Shown piece by piece: positions 50,326-62,500 of a stretch of DNA of 64,000 nt (positions are counted from its first letter, which is position 1; each line of letters starts with the position of its first letter). This DNA is from Somniosus microcephalus (lineage: Eukaryota): the NCBI GenBank assembly GCA_052327205.1, contig CM126203.1:322090001-322154000 (forward strand), given 5' to 3'. The position numbers were made by a program, and so were the translations under genes. The notes below the pieces were generated by a model, which searched no databases, had not been told where the DNA came from, and saw nothing but the letters and a program-made list of their open reading frames with translations.

Positions 50326-50809
50326 CGTGCACCACCTCAACAGCAAAACGAAAGCAGACCCATATCTGTTCGCTTATCTTAACAAGATGGGGAGGGAGGG
50401 TGGGGAGGGAAGAAAGAAAAGTAAGTCGATTATATTGACAATCTATTGTTCTGGTTTATATATGTGAAATGAAAATGGACGGATTCAAAATTCTGCAATG
50501 CAGAAATGGTAGGTGGTTGCGTTGGTGATACGTCGCGTTGCTCTGTGAAACCCCCACACTCCTCATACACACTGCACCAGCGCAGCCTCCATCCATGCCC
50601 CGGCTGCAAACTGAATGTGACTGGAATAGTGTTTCTCCACTTACCCGGCAAGCTTAAGGATTTTATTAATGAACTCTTAGTAAATGCCTGAGTGCGTTTC
50701 AATAAAAAAAAGGCTTGTTGTTACTTGAACTACGCTGGCTGTATTTCAAAAAAAAAGATCAAAACAATTAGACCTGACGCATGGGAAAGAAAGATTTTTT
50801 TGGTGGGGG

Positions 50810-51110
50810 AGGAGGACAAATGAGTAATAGTAAGGGGTTTGGCAAACACCAAGGAGTCCTGTAAAAGACTTCAAGAAGACAGAAGTTAGGGAAATGGGCA
50901 GACAGGTGGTAAATGCAAGTTAATGTAGGTAAGTGCAAGATCATTTTTGAATATATCGATAGATTTTTGAATATTAAGGGAATCAGAGGATATGGGGATA
51001 GTGCAGGAAAGCGGAGATGAGGTAGAAGATCAGCCCTGATCTTACTGAATGGTGGAGCAGGCTCGAAGGGCCAAATGGCCTACTCCTGCTCCTATTTCTT
51101 ATGTTCCTAT
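50810..51110 (+). mobile_element. CR1 fragments upstream of ST8SIA3
   Basis: RT remnant (WADRW..NVGKCK) and a CR1 3'UTR/tail. Confidence 0.75.
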
Positions 51111-51204
51111 AATTTATTTTAATATATTAAGGCGAAACAAGGAATGGGAGTGTACACTTAATGAAAACCTGCTGAGGGGTGTGGAGCAAAAGGGAGACCT
51201 GGAT

Positions 51205-51622
51205 AATACCACCCGTCTCCGCCCCTGCCTCAGCCCATCTGCTGCTGAATCACTCATTCATGCTTTTGTTACCTCGAGACTCGACTATTCCAATAACCTC
51301 CTGGCTGGCCTCCCATCTTCCACCCTCCACAAACCTAAGCTCATCCAAAACTCTGCTGCTTGTATCCTATCTCGCACTAAGTCCCATTCACCCATCACCC
51401 TGTGCTCGCTGACCTACATTGGCTCCCAGTCCAGCAATGTCTCGATTTTAAAATTGTCATCCTCGTATTCAAATTCCTCCATGGGCTCACCCATCCCTAT
51501 CTCTGTAACCTCCTCTGACCCTCCGACCCTCCAAGCCTCTGAGAACTCTGCGTTCTTCCAACTTGGGCCACTTGCCCATCCCCCAGTTCCTTTGCCCCAC
51601 CATTGGTGGCTGTGCCTTCAGC
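51205..51622 (+). mobile_element. L2 LINE C-terminal fragment
   Basis: RLRPCLSPSAAESLIHAFVTSRLDYSN..LIQNSAA, typical of the L2 ORF2 C-terminus. Confidence 0.85.
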
Positions 51623-51829
51623 AATCAGTATCTGTAAGAGAAAAGCAGGTTAACATTTCAGATAGGACTATTTATCATGTATCATTTCTGATGAAGAGTC
51701 CTCTTGAAAAGTATCTGTAAGTCTGACTTAATGTTTGTTTCAGCATCTCCATTCAATACATAGAGGATATATAATGGCAAACACTGACTTTCTCACCAAT
51801 GGAAAACCAAGCATCCCATTTGCACAGCA

Positions 51830-52197
51830 TACATAAAGTCATAGAGTTATACAGCACAGAAAGAGGCCCTTCGGCCCATCATGTCCGCACCGGCCATCAA
51901 GTCCTGTCTTTTCTAATCCCATTTCCCAGCACTTGGTCCGTAGCCTTGTATGCTATGGTGTTTCAAGTGCTCATCTAAATGCTTCTTGAATGTTGTGAAG
52001 GTCCTTGCCTCTACCACCCTTTCAGGCAGTGAGTTCCAGATTCCAACCACCCTCTGGGTGAAAAAGTTTTTCCTCAAATCCCCTCTAAACCTCCTGCCCC
52101 TTACCTTGAAACTATGCCCCCTGGTTATTGACCCCTCTACTAAGGGGAAAAGTTCCTTTCTATCTACCCTATCTATGCCCCTCATAATTTTGTACAC
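51830..52197 (-). mobile_element. CR1 3' fragment (different subfamily)
   Basis: YKIMRGIDRVD..TRGHSFKVRG..KNFFTQRVV plus 3' tail. Confidence 0.88.
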
Positions 52198-52825
52198 ATA
52201 CATGGAGATAGCTACCAAAATAATATATAAAACATATTGTTTTATAATGGGGATAATAAATGTAGGATATTTTATTACTCCTCAATGTATGTATTACCTC
52301 TCACCTCTCTCTAGTTGTGTGCACACCATCTTGAAAATCCTCTGAACTGTGTTCTCAACTTCAAATACTGCTTCTTTCCACCAGTGAATCATAGAGCTAG
52401 CATAAGCATTTAGCTCCCTAATTCAATATTAGCACAACTTACATATATTTTCAGATGAATTATCAGCCTCAACATAGAAAGAAGGGCCGCTCCTACTACC
52501 GCAGTTCTTTATTATGTGGTACTGCTTCCACAAAGTACCTGTGGCACTGCATCCGTATAACACCTGACAACAGCAATAATGGGGGAGACAAAAGCAGTAC
52601 CTAAAACTTAATGCTCACAATCAAGTGTCGTAACAGGAAAAATATTTTTTGAAATGTATAACAACAATCACTTCTTCTGTACAACCAGTATGTGAAAACA
52701 GTAGTCTAGTCTTTATGGTACCAGACAAGCAACCCAGAGATTGTGGCCTAGAAACCCAATCACAGCTGAATCAGGCATGCAGGGGGGGGGGGGGGGTGGA
52801 GCACATATTTTTAATTAAAAAAAAA

Positions 52826-55800
52826 TTCATTTATATGATGTGGGCATCGCTGGCAAGGCCAGCATTTATTGGCCATCCCTAATTGCCCTTGAGAAGGTGG
52901 TGGTGAGCCGCCTTCTTGAACCACTGCAGTCCGTGTGGTGATTGTACTCCCACAGTGCTGTTAGGGAGGGAGTTCCAGGATATTGACCCAGCGACGATGA
53001 AGGATCGGCGATATACTTCTAAGTCAGGATGGTGTGTGACTTGGCGGGGAACTTGGAGGTGGTGGTGTTCCCATGCACCTGCTGCTCTTGTCCTTCTAGG
53101 TGGAAGAGGTCGTGGGTTTGGGAGGTGCTGCCGAAGAAGCCTTGGTGAGTTAATGCAGTGCATCTTGTAGATGGTACACATTGCAGCCATGGTACACCGG
53201 TGGTGGAGGGAGTGAATGTTTAAGGTGGTGGATGGGGTGCCAATCAAGCGGGCTTCTTTGTTCTGGATGGTGTCGAGCTTCTTGAGTGTTGTTGGAGCTG
53301 CACTCATCCAGGCAAGTGGAGAGTATTCCATCACACTCCTTACTTGTGCCTTGTAGATGATGGAAAGGCTTTGGGGAGTCAGGAGGTGAGACACTCGCTG
53401 CAGAATACCTAGCCTCTGACCTGCTCTTGTTGCCACAGTATTTATGTGGCTGGTCCAGTTAAGTTTCTCATCAATGAGATGTTGATGGTGGGGGATTTAG
53501 CAATGGTAATGCCGTTGAATATCAAAGGGCGGTGGTTAGACTCTTGCTTGTTGGAGATAGTCATTGCCTGGCACTTCTGTGGCGCGAATGTGACCTGTAC
53601 GATTTGGACAGGTTGGGTGATTGGGCAGAAACATGGCAAATGCACTATAATGTGGATAAATGTGAGGTTATCCACTTTGGTGGCAAAAACAGGAAGGCAG
53701 ATTATTATTTGAATGGCAATAGATTGGGAGAAGGGGAAGTGCAAAGAGACCTGGATGTTATTGTGCACCAGTCGCTGAAGGTAAGGAAGCAGGTGCAGCA
53801 GGCGGTTAAGAAGGCAAATGGTATGTTGGCCTTTGTAGCAAGAGGGTTCGAGTACAAGAACAAGAATGTCTTGCTGCAGTTGTACAGGGCCTTGGTGAGA
53901 CTGCACCTTGAGTATTGTGTGCAGTTTTGGTCACCTTACCTGAGGAAGGACGTTCTTGCCATGGAGGGAGTGCAGCGAAGATTCACCAGGCTGATACCTG
54001 GGATGGCAGGAATGACGTACGAGGAGAGATTGTGTCGATTGGGCTTATACTCACTGGAGTTTAGAAGATTGAGAGGGGATCTCATCGAAACCTATAAAAT
54101 TCTGTCAGGTCTGGACAGACTAGATGCAGAAAGGATGTTTCTGATGACCGGGGAGTCCAGAACCAGGGGTCATAGTCTAAGGATAAGGGGTACGCCATTT
54201 AGGACTGAAATGAGGAGGAATTTCTTCACCCAGAGAGTGGTGAACCTGTGGAATTCTCTGCCACAGAGGGCGGTGGAGGCCAGTTCATTAAATATATTCA
54301 AGAAAGAGTTGGATATATTTCTTGAGGCTAAAGGGATCAAGGGATATGGGGAGAAGGCAGGGACAGGGTACTGAATTTGGATGATCAGCCATGATCTCAT
54401 TGAATGGCAGAGCAGGCTCGAAGGGCTGAATGGCCTACACCTACACCTATCTTCTATGTTTCTATGCCACTTATCAGCCCAAGCCTGAACGTCATCCAGG
54501 TCATGTTGCATGTGGGCATGGACTGCTTCATTATCTGAGGAGTTGTGAATGGCACTGAACACTGCAGTCATCAGCGAACCTCCCCATTTCTGACCTTATG
54601 TTGGAGGGAAGGTCATTGATGAAGCAGCTGAAGATGGTTGGGCCTAGGACACTGCCCTGAGGAACTCCTGCCGCGATGTCCTGAGGCTGAGATGATTGCT
54701 CTTCAACCACCATAATCATCTTCCTTTGTGCTAGGTATAACTCCAGCCAGTGGAGAGTTTGCCCCCCGATTCCCACTGACTTCAGTTTTACTAGGGTTCC
54801 TTGATGCCACAGTCGGTCAAATGCTGCCTTGATGTTAAGGGCAGTCGCTCTCACCTCACCTCTGGAATTCAGCTCCTTTGTCCATGTTTGGACCAAGGCT
54901 GTAATGAGGTCGGGAACTGAGTGGTCTTGGCGGAACCCAAACTGTGCATCAGTGAGCAGGTTATTGGTAAGTGCCACTTGATAGTACTGTTGACGACGCC
55001 TTCCATCACTTTGCTGATGATTGAGAGTAGACTGATGGGGCGGTAATTGGCTAGATTGGATTTGTCCTGCTTTTTGTGGACAGGATATAATTGGGCAGTT
55101 TTCCACATTGTTGGATAGATGCCAGTGTTGTAGCAGTACTGAAACAGCTTGGCTAGAGGCACGGCTAGTTCTGGAGCACAAGTCTTCAGCACGATAGCTG
55201 CGATGTTGTCGGGGCCCATAGCTTTTGCTGTATCCAGTGCGCTCAGCCGTTTCTTGATATCACGTGAAGTGAATCGAATTGGCTGAAGATTGGCTTCTGT
55301 GATGGTAGGGGTCTCAGGAGTAGGCCGATATGGATCATCCACTCAGCACTTCTGCTGAAGATGTTTGCAAACACTTCAGCCTTGTCTTTTGCACTCTTGT
55401 GCTGGGCTCCACCATCATTGAGGATGGGGATATTCATGGAGCCTCCTCATCTCGTTAGTTGTTTAATGGTCCACCACCATTTACGACTGGATGCGGCAGG
55501 ACTGCAGCGCTTTGATCTGATCCGTTGATTGTGGGATCACTTAGCCCTGTCTATAGCAAGCATGCATGTAGTCCTGTGTTGCAGCTACCCCAGGCTGGCA
55601 CCTCATTTTTAAGTATGCCTGGTACTGCTCCTGGCATGCTCTTCTACACTCCTTATTGAACCAGGGTTGGTCCCCTGGCTTGATGGTAATGGCAGAGTGA
55701 GGGATATGCCGGGCCATGAGGTTACAGATTGTGGTGGAATACAATTCTGCTGCTGCCGATGGTCCACAGCGCCTCATGGATGCCCAGTTTTGAGCTGCTA

Positions 55801-56820
55801 GATCTGTTCGGAATCTATCCCATTTAGCACGGTGGTAGTGCCCTGCCCAATACGATGACTGTGCGGTGGCCACTGCTACCAATATTGTCATGGACAGATG
55901 CACCTGCAACAGGTAGATTGGTGAGGATGAGGTCAAGTAGGCTTTACCCTCCTGTTGGTTCTCTCACCACCTGTCGCAGGCTCAGACTGGCAGTTATGTC
56001 CTTCAGGATTCGGCCAGCTCGGTCAGTAGTGCTGCTACCAAGCCACTCTTTGTGATGGACATTGAAGTCCCCCATCCAGAGTACATTCTGTGCCCTTGCT
56101 ACTCTGTGCTTCTTCCAAGTGGTGTTCAATATCGAGGAGTACTGATTCATCAGCTGAGGGAGGGTGGTAGGTGGTAATCAGCAGGAGGTTTCCTTGCCCA
56201 TGCTTGACCTGAAGCCATGAGACCTCATGGGGTCTGGAGTCAATGTTGAGGACTCCCAGGGCCATTCCTTCCTGACTATGTACCACTGTGCCGCCACCCC
56301 TGGTGGGACAGGACATACCCAGGGATGGTGATGCAGGAGTTTAGGACATTGGCTGAAAGGTATGATTTTGTGAGTATGACTGTCAGGCTGTTGCTTGACT
56401 AGTCTGTGGGACAGCTCTCCCAATTTTGGCACGAGTCCCAGATGTTGGCGAGGAGGACTTTGCAGGGTCATCTGAGCTGGCTGTGCCGTTGTCATGTCTG
56501 GTGCCGAGGTCGATGCCGGGTGGTTGGGCCGGTTTCATTATTATTATTGTGTTTCGTAGCGGTTTGTTACAACTGAGTGTCTTGCTAGGCCATTTCAGAG
56601 GGCAGTTAAGAGTCAACCACATGTGGGTCTGGAGTCACCTATAGGCCAGGCCAGGTAAGGACGGCAGATTTTCTGCCTTAAAGAACATTAGTGAACCAGA
56701 TGGGTTTTTACGACAATCCGATAGTTTCATGGTCACCATTACTGATGCTAGCTTTTTATTCCAGATTTATTTAATTAACTGAAGTTAAATTCCCCAGCTG
56801 CCGTGGTGGGATTTGAACCC
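52826..56820 (-). mobile_element. Near full-length decayed LINE (APE+RT, no ORF1, tRNA-like 5' head), interrupted by a CR1 fragment
   Basis: Frameshifted ORF pieces: PTRGGGT..YHPPS, MGDFNVHH, KPGDQPWFN, KAMGPDNI, NYRPISLLS, QFGFRQ, IKAAFDRLWH, GVPQGSVLGP, FADD, QVRSVMEYS; B box GGTTCAAATCC at 56819-56809. Confidence 0.88.
53598..54463 (+). mobile_element. CR1 3' fragment nested in the opposite-strand LINE
   Basis: DLDRLGDWAETWQMHYNVDKC..GYGEKAGTGY* and tail; the host LINE rejoins as gaatgtgacc|tgccacttatc. Confidence 0.93.
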
Positions 56821-56824
56821 ACGT

Positions 56825-57680
56825 TGCAGCCTCATTAATCACAATACTCATAGTACTGACACTCTCCTACAAGCACTGCACCATACCTCCTTCTCCTCAC
56901 ATTCACACATACCACTAATACAACCCTCACTTATGCACAACTCACACACTATCAGCTGTTCCATCATGACAGCCAGATTCTCTAAACACCTTATAAGACT
57001 CTCACTAATATGCTCCCTTCTTTCTTGCAGGAGAAGGTGGCGTGGAACTCAAGAAAGCAGGCTACCACCAGAGGGGGAAGAGCCACCTGCACCCCCCGCC
57101 CTCACTAACACACACCCTTATTTCTTGCAGGAGAAGGTGGCGTGGAACTCAAGACAGCAGGCTAGCACCGGAGGAGGAAGAGCCACCTGCACACCCGCTC
57201 CCCCCTTGAAGAAAGCATGCTGGCCATCATGAGCAGGATCAGAGTTGAGGCTGAGGCAACTGGCAATGCTGGAGGTGACATTGTGCAGGGATTCTTCATA
57301 CCGAATCCTCTTTGTCTCTTCTGACTTCTCTCTCACCCACACACTCTGCATGACAAACACCAGATGCTTTCATCATCCACTTCTCTCTCTGCTCTTCCTT
57401 CACACAACAAGCTTAACCCTTGTACCCCTCTTTCATTTCAGGTGCTGAGAATGTGGAAGCCCCTGTGCCAGTCAAGGAAGAAGAGTCAAGCCTTCAGGAA
57501 GATATACCGTCACTCGATCTGACTCTCACAAGCACCAGTTCAGATACTGGCACCACTTTAGACTTTACCACTGGTAGACTTTAGACACACTAGGTTAGAG
57601 GAGGTGTCTACACATGGTGACTCACTGGGCACATGGTTAGGAGTTAGGGGCAGAGGGATAGGACACCACAGGTGCCAGCT
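56825..57680 (+). mobile_element. Remnant of a Harbinger-type transposon Myb/SANT-like gene, with an internal ~100-bp duplication
   Basis: Acceptor ttgcag| followed by EKVAWNSRQQASTGGG, resembling the ..N..E...TGGG end of MSANTD/Myb-like Harbinger proteins; present twice (57021, 57121); second acceptor at ~57441. Confidence 0.5.
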
Positions 57681-58157
57681 TATTTACAACTGCACTTTCA
57701 AAGGTGGAGAAGAGGTAGTGGTTGAGCAGATCAGTAGCTGCAGATGTTAGCATGGAAAATGAAGGGCCAAAGGCTTGGCAGTTTTGGAAGTTTGAAAGTG
57801 CAGTTGTAAATGACTTGAAGGAGAGTTTTTTCCAGGGTGGATGCAGAAGGAAGTGGGTTCCGAAGGAGGTAGGGGGATATGAGTGGGGAAGGATGCAAGG
57901 GAGTGGTTGAAGATGGCCTTGTCTCTGATCAACACCACTCCCTCTCTTCCACCTTTGATGCCCTTGTCCACAGTAAAACATTGACTTTTTCCCATCCTGT
58001 TATGGCCACCATCTGCACTCACTTAAGTACAAAGGACACAGACTTGAGCACATCTGGCACACAACTGGTTGATCCATCCATCACCAGATCTGTCTGGACC
58101 ACTATCGGGCCTAACTCTCCTCTGACAAATCTGGTCACTATTTAAGTACATTCTGGA

Positions 58158-58404
58158 GAAGCATCTGGGAAGGCGCTGAACACCTTGAGTCTCTTCGCTG
58201 GGAGCAAGCGGAAGCCAAGTGCAGGCAGCGCAAGGAGCGCACGTCAACCAAAGCACCCCACCCACCCGCCCCTTCAACCATCGTCTGCCCCACCTGTGAC
58301 AGAGACTGTAGGTCCCGCATTGGACTCATCAGTCACCTGAGAACTCATTTTTAATGCGGAAGCAAGTCATCCTCGGTTCCGAGGGACTGCCTAAGAAGAA
58401 GGAG
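58158..58404 (+). mobile_element. RTE-clade LINE 3' end
   Basis: C-terminal C2H2 finger CPTCDRDCRSRIGLISHLRTH, (AAG)n tail, 10-bp TSD ACATTCTGGA (58148-58157 / 58405-58414). Confidence 0.8.
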
Positions 58405-58778
58405 ACATTCTGGAAAGCAAAGATGACCCACAGCTTCTATTTTCCACTACCAACCTTCTCCTTAAACCCCTTTCACCTCCAAAAACTAGTGGGAGGAGCT
58501 CATGAACTTCTTTGTCACTAAGATTGAGACCATCTGTTCAGCTGCCTCTGCTACATTCCTCCCTTTTGCCTTGTTCAGCAAGCCAAACCTCCCCTCAGAT
58601 ACCCCCATGCCCTAACCCTGAACCCATGTCTTTTTCTAGTTTCTCTGTGCACTTCTTGTCCATGAGGCTAACCTCCTGCTCCTTTGACCTCATTCCCACC
58701 AAACTGCTGACCTCCCATCTTCCCTTCCTGGGTCCCATGCTAGCTGACATTGTAAATAGCTCTCTCTCCTCAGGTACT

Positions 58779-59090
58779 CACAGAATCACAGAAACCCCAC
58801 AGTGCAGATAGAGGCCATTTCGGCCCATCGAGCCTGCACCGACACATATCCCACCCGATTCCCGTAACCCCTACACATATCCCACCCTATCCCTGTAACC
58901 CCACGTATTTAATCCCCCTAACACTAAGGGTCAATTTATCATAGCCAATCAACCTAACCCGCACATCTTTGGACTGTGGGAGGAAACCGGAGCACCTGGA
59001 GAAAACCCACGCAAACACAGGGAGAATGTGCAAACTCCACACAGATAGTCGCCCGAGGCCGGATTCGAACCCGGGTCTCTGGCGCTGTTC
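58779..59090 (-). mobile_element. V-SINE (HE1-like), head truncated
   Basis: Highly similar to 44692-45026; flanked by TACT on both sides inside the L2. Confidence 0.9.
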
Positions 59091-59571
59091 TACTGTTCCC
59101 ATCCCTTTCAAAACTGCTATCATCACTCCCTTTCTCAAAAAACTCACCCTCAACCCCTCTGTCCTTGAAATCTACTGCCATAGCTCCAATCACCCCTTCC
59201 TCTCCAAAGTCCTTGAATATATTGTCACCTCTCAAATCCGTTCCCATTCTTCCCACAGCTCTATGTTTGAATCTCTCCAATTAGCCCCGGCACAGCACTG
59301 AAACAGCTCTAATCATAGCCACAATTTACATCCTCTATGACTGTGACCATAGTGCATTATTTCTGCTCATTCTTCTTGACCTTTCTGCAGCCTTTGACAC
59401 AGCTGATCGTACCATCCTTCTCCAATGTTTCCTTCTCTGTTGTCTAGCTCAGTGGGACTGCCCTCGCTTAGTTCCACTCTTACCCGTCAGATCGTAGCCA
59501 GAGCATTTGCAGTAATAGCTTCTCTTCCCACCCTGCACTGTTACTTCTGGCATCCCCAAGGATCCATCCTT

Positions 59572-62500
59572 GCCACGAGCTAATAAGTTTAGAGAGAGTA
59601 AGATAGATAAGCTAAATACGTGGCTTGAGCAGTGGTGCAAGGGAGAGGGATTTAAATTCCTGAGGCATTGGAACCAGTTCTTGGGGAGGAGTGACCTGTA
59701 CCAAGGGGACGGTCTACACCTGAACTGTGAGGGAGCCGATGTCCTCGGGGTAATATTTTCTGGGGCGGTTCGGGAGGATTTAAACTAATTTGGCAGGGGG
59801 ATGGGAACCTAGGTAGTGGAAAAGAGGGAAGTCATATGAAGTCAGAAATAGATGGTAGAAAGGTGAGAAGCAATAAGCAAAGGAGAGAAACACAAAGGGC
59901 CAAACTAATTCATAATGAGAGTGTGAAAAAAGCAAGCCTGAAGGCTTTGTATCTTAATGCTAGAAGCATTAGGAACAAGGTGGATGAATTAGTTGTGGAA
60001 ATAGAGGTAAACAAGTATGATTTGATTGGGATTACAGAAACGTGGCTGCAGGGTGGGCAAGGCTGGGAACTTAACATCCAGGGATATACAATATTTAGGA
60101 AGGATCGGCAAAAAGGTAGGGGAGGTGGGGTAGCATTGCTGGTAAAGGAGGGGATTAATGCAATGGAAAGGAAGGATATTAACTCGGATGAAACGGAATC
60201 TGTATGGGTAGAAATGAGAAATAGCAAGGGGAGGAAAACGTTAGTGGGTGTGATATATAGGCCTCCAAATAGTAATATGGAGGTGAGGGAAGGCATAAAA
60301 AGGGAAATTAGAGAAGCGTGCGATAAGAGCACAGCTGTCATCATGGGTGACTTTAATTTACATATTGATTGGACTACCCAAATTAGTAAAAATTCTGAGG
60401 AGGAGGAATTCCTGGAATGTTTTCGGGACGGTTATCTGGACCAATATGTCGAGGAGCCGACTCGAGATCAGGCCATTTTAGACTGGGTATTGTGCAATGA
60501 GAAGGGACTTATCAGCAATCTTCTTGTACGAGGCCCCTTGGGTCAGAGCGATCATAATATGATCGAGCTCTCAGTCGAGATGGAGAGTGAGGAAATTGAA
60601 TCAGAGACTAAGGTCCAGAACTTAAATAAAGGGAATTACGAGGGTATGAGACGGGAATTGGGTAAGATTGATTGGGTGGTGTTTCTGGGGGGATTGACAG
60701 TGGATAGACAATGGCAAGCATTCAAAGATAGAATGGAAGAATTCCAGAACATGTTTATACCGGTTTGGCATAAAAATAAACCTAAAAAGGTGACTCAACC
60801 GTGGATAACGAGGGAAATTAGGGACAGCATAAAATCAAAAAAAAGGGCATATCAACTGGCAAAAAAAAGCACCAGACCGGAAGATTGGGGGCAGTACAGG
60901 ATACAGCAAAAGAGGACAAAGGGATTAATCAGGAAGGGGAAAATAGAATACGAAAGTAAACTTGCAGCAAACATAAAGACAGACTGCAAAAGCTTTTATC
61001 GGTATATCAGGAGGAAAAGACTGGTAAAATCCCAAGTCGGTCCCTTGCAGTCCGATTCGGGAGAATATATAATGGAGAATAAGGAAATGGCAGACCAATT
61101 AAACTCATACTTTGGTTCTGTATTCACAAAGGAGGACACAAATAACCTCCCAGGAATATCGGCAAACATAGGGACTAATGAGAGGGAGGAGCTGACAGAA
61201 ATTAGTATCTCTAGGGATATGGTGTTGGGTAAGTTGAGGGGACTGAAGGCCGACAAATCCCCGGGGCCTGATAAACTACATCCTAGGGTACTTAAGGAGG
61301 TGGCCCTGGAGATAGCAGATGCTCTAAGGATCATCTTCCGGAACTCCATTGACTCGGGAACAGTACCCGTGGATTGGAGGCTAGCTAATGTTACCCCAAT
61401 ATTTAAAAAGGGGGGTAGAGAGAAAGCAGGGAATTATAGACCAGTAAGCCTTACATCGGTTGTGGGCAAAATGCTAGAGTCCATTATTAAGGATAAAATA
61501 GCGGAGCACTTGACAAATGGGGAAAGGATCGGACAGAGTCAACATGGATTTACAAAGGGTAAATCGTGTTTGACTAATCTGCTGGAATTTTTTGAGGAGG
61601 TAACTGGTAGAATAGATGGGGGAGAGCCAGTGGATGTGGTGTACCTTGACTTCCAGAAAGCCTTCGATAAGGTTCCACACAAAAGATTATCATGCAAAAT
61701 TAAGGCTCATGGGATTGGGGGCAATGTATTAACGTGGATAGAGAACTGGCTGGCGGATAGAAAACAGAGAGTTGGAATAAACGGCTCGTTTTCGGAGTGG
61801 CAGGCAGTGACCAGCGGGGTGCCGCAAGGATCTGTCCTGGGACCCCAGCTGTTCACAATATATATAAATGATCTGGATCAGGGAATTGGATGCAATATTT
61901 CCAAATTCGCTGACGACACTAAACTAGGAGGAGGGGTGGGCTCTGATGAGGATGTCAGGAGGCTACAGTGTGATTTGGACAGGTTGGGGGAATGGGCGGA
62001 TACGTGGCAGATGCACTATAATGTGGATAAATGCGAGGTTATCCACTTTGGGGGTAAAAACAGGAGGGTAGATTATTATCTAAATGGCAATAGATTGGGA
62101 GATGGGGAAGTGCAGAGGGACCTGGGTGTTCTTGTGCACCAGTCACTGAAGGAGAGCATGCAGGTGCAACAGGCGATTAAGAAGGCAAATGGTATGTTGG
62201 CCTTCATATCAAGGGGGTTCGAGTATAGGAATAGGGATACCTTACTACAGCTGTACAAGGTGCTGGTGAGACCGCATCTGGAGTATTGTGTACAGTTTTG
62301 GTCGCCCCATCTGCGGAAGGATGTTCTTGCCATGGAAAGAGTGCAACGGCGATTCACCAGGCTGATACCTGGAATGGCGGGAATGACCTACGAAGAGAGA
62401 TTAAATAGTTTGGGCTTGTACTCACTGGAGTTTAGAAGATTGAGAGGGGATCTCATCGAAACATATAAAATTATGGCAGGCCTGGACAGGCTGAATTCAG

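Larger units (their letters stand above)
57920..59571 (+). mobile_element. Old L2 LINE ORF2 remnant, host to nested insertions (resumes at 62861-62923 and ~63590)
   Basis: IVNSSLSSG|TVPIPFKTAIITPFLKK..PFLSKVLE..STETAL..DLSAAFDT..GIPQGSIL|..LFLTYMLSLGDIIQRH. Confidence 0.85.

Noticed and set aside
51049-51720. 223-aa ORF upstream of ST8SIA3
   Set aside because: Patchwork of CR1 tail, L2 fragment and Penelope remnant.
53532-54374. 280-aa ORF as a novel gene
   Set aside because: Chance fusion of antisense host-LINE sequence with a truncated CR1 ORF2.
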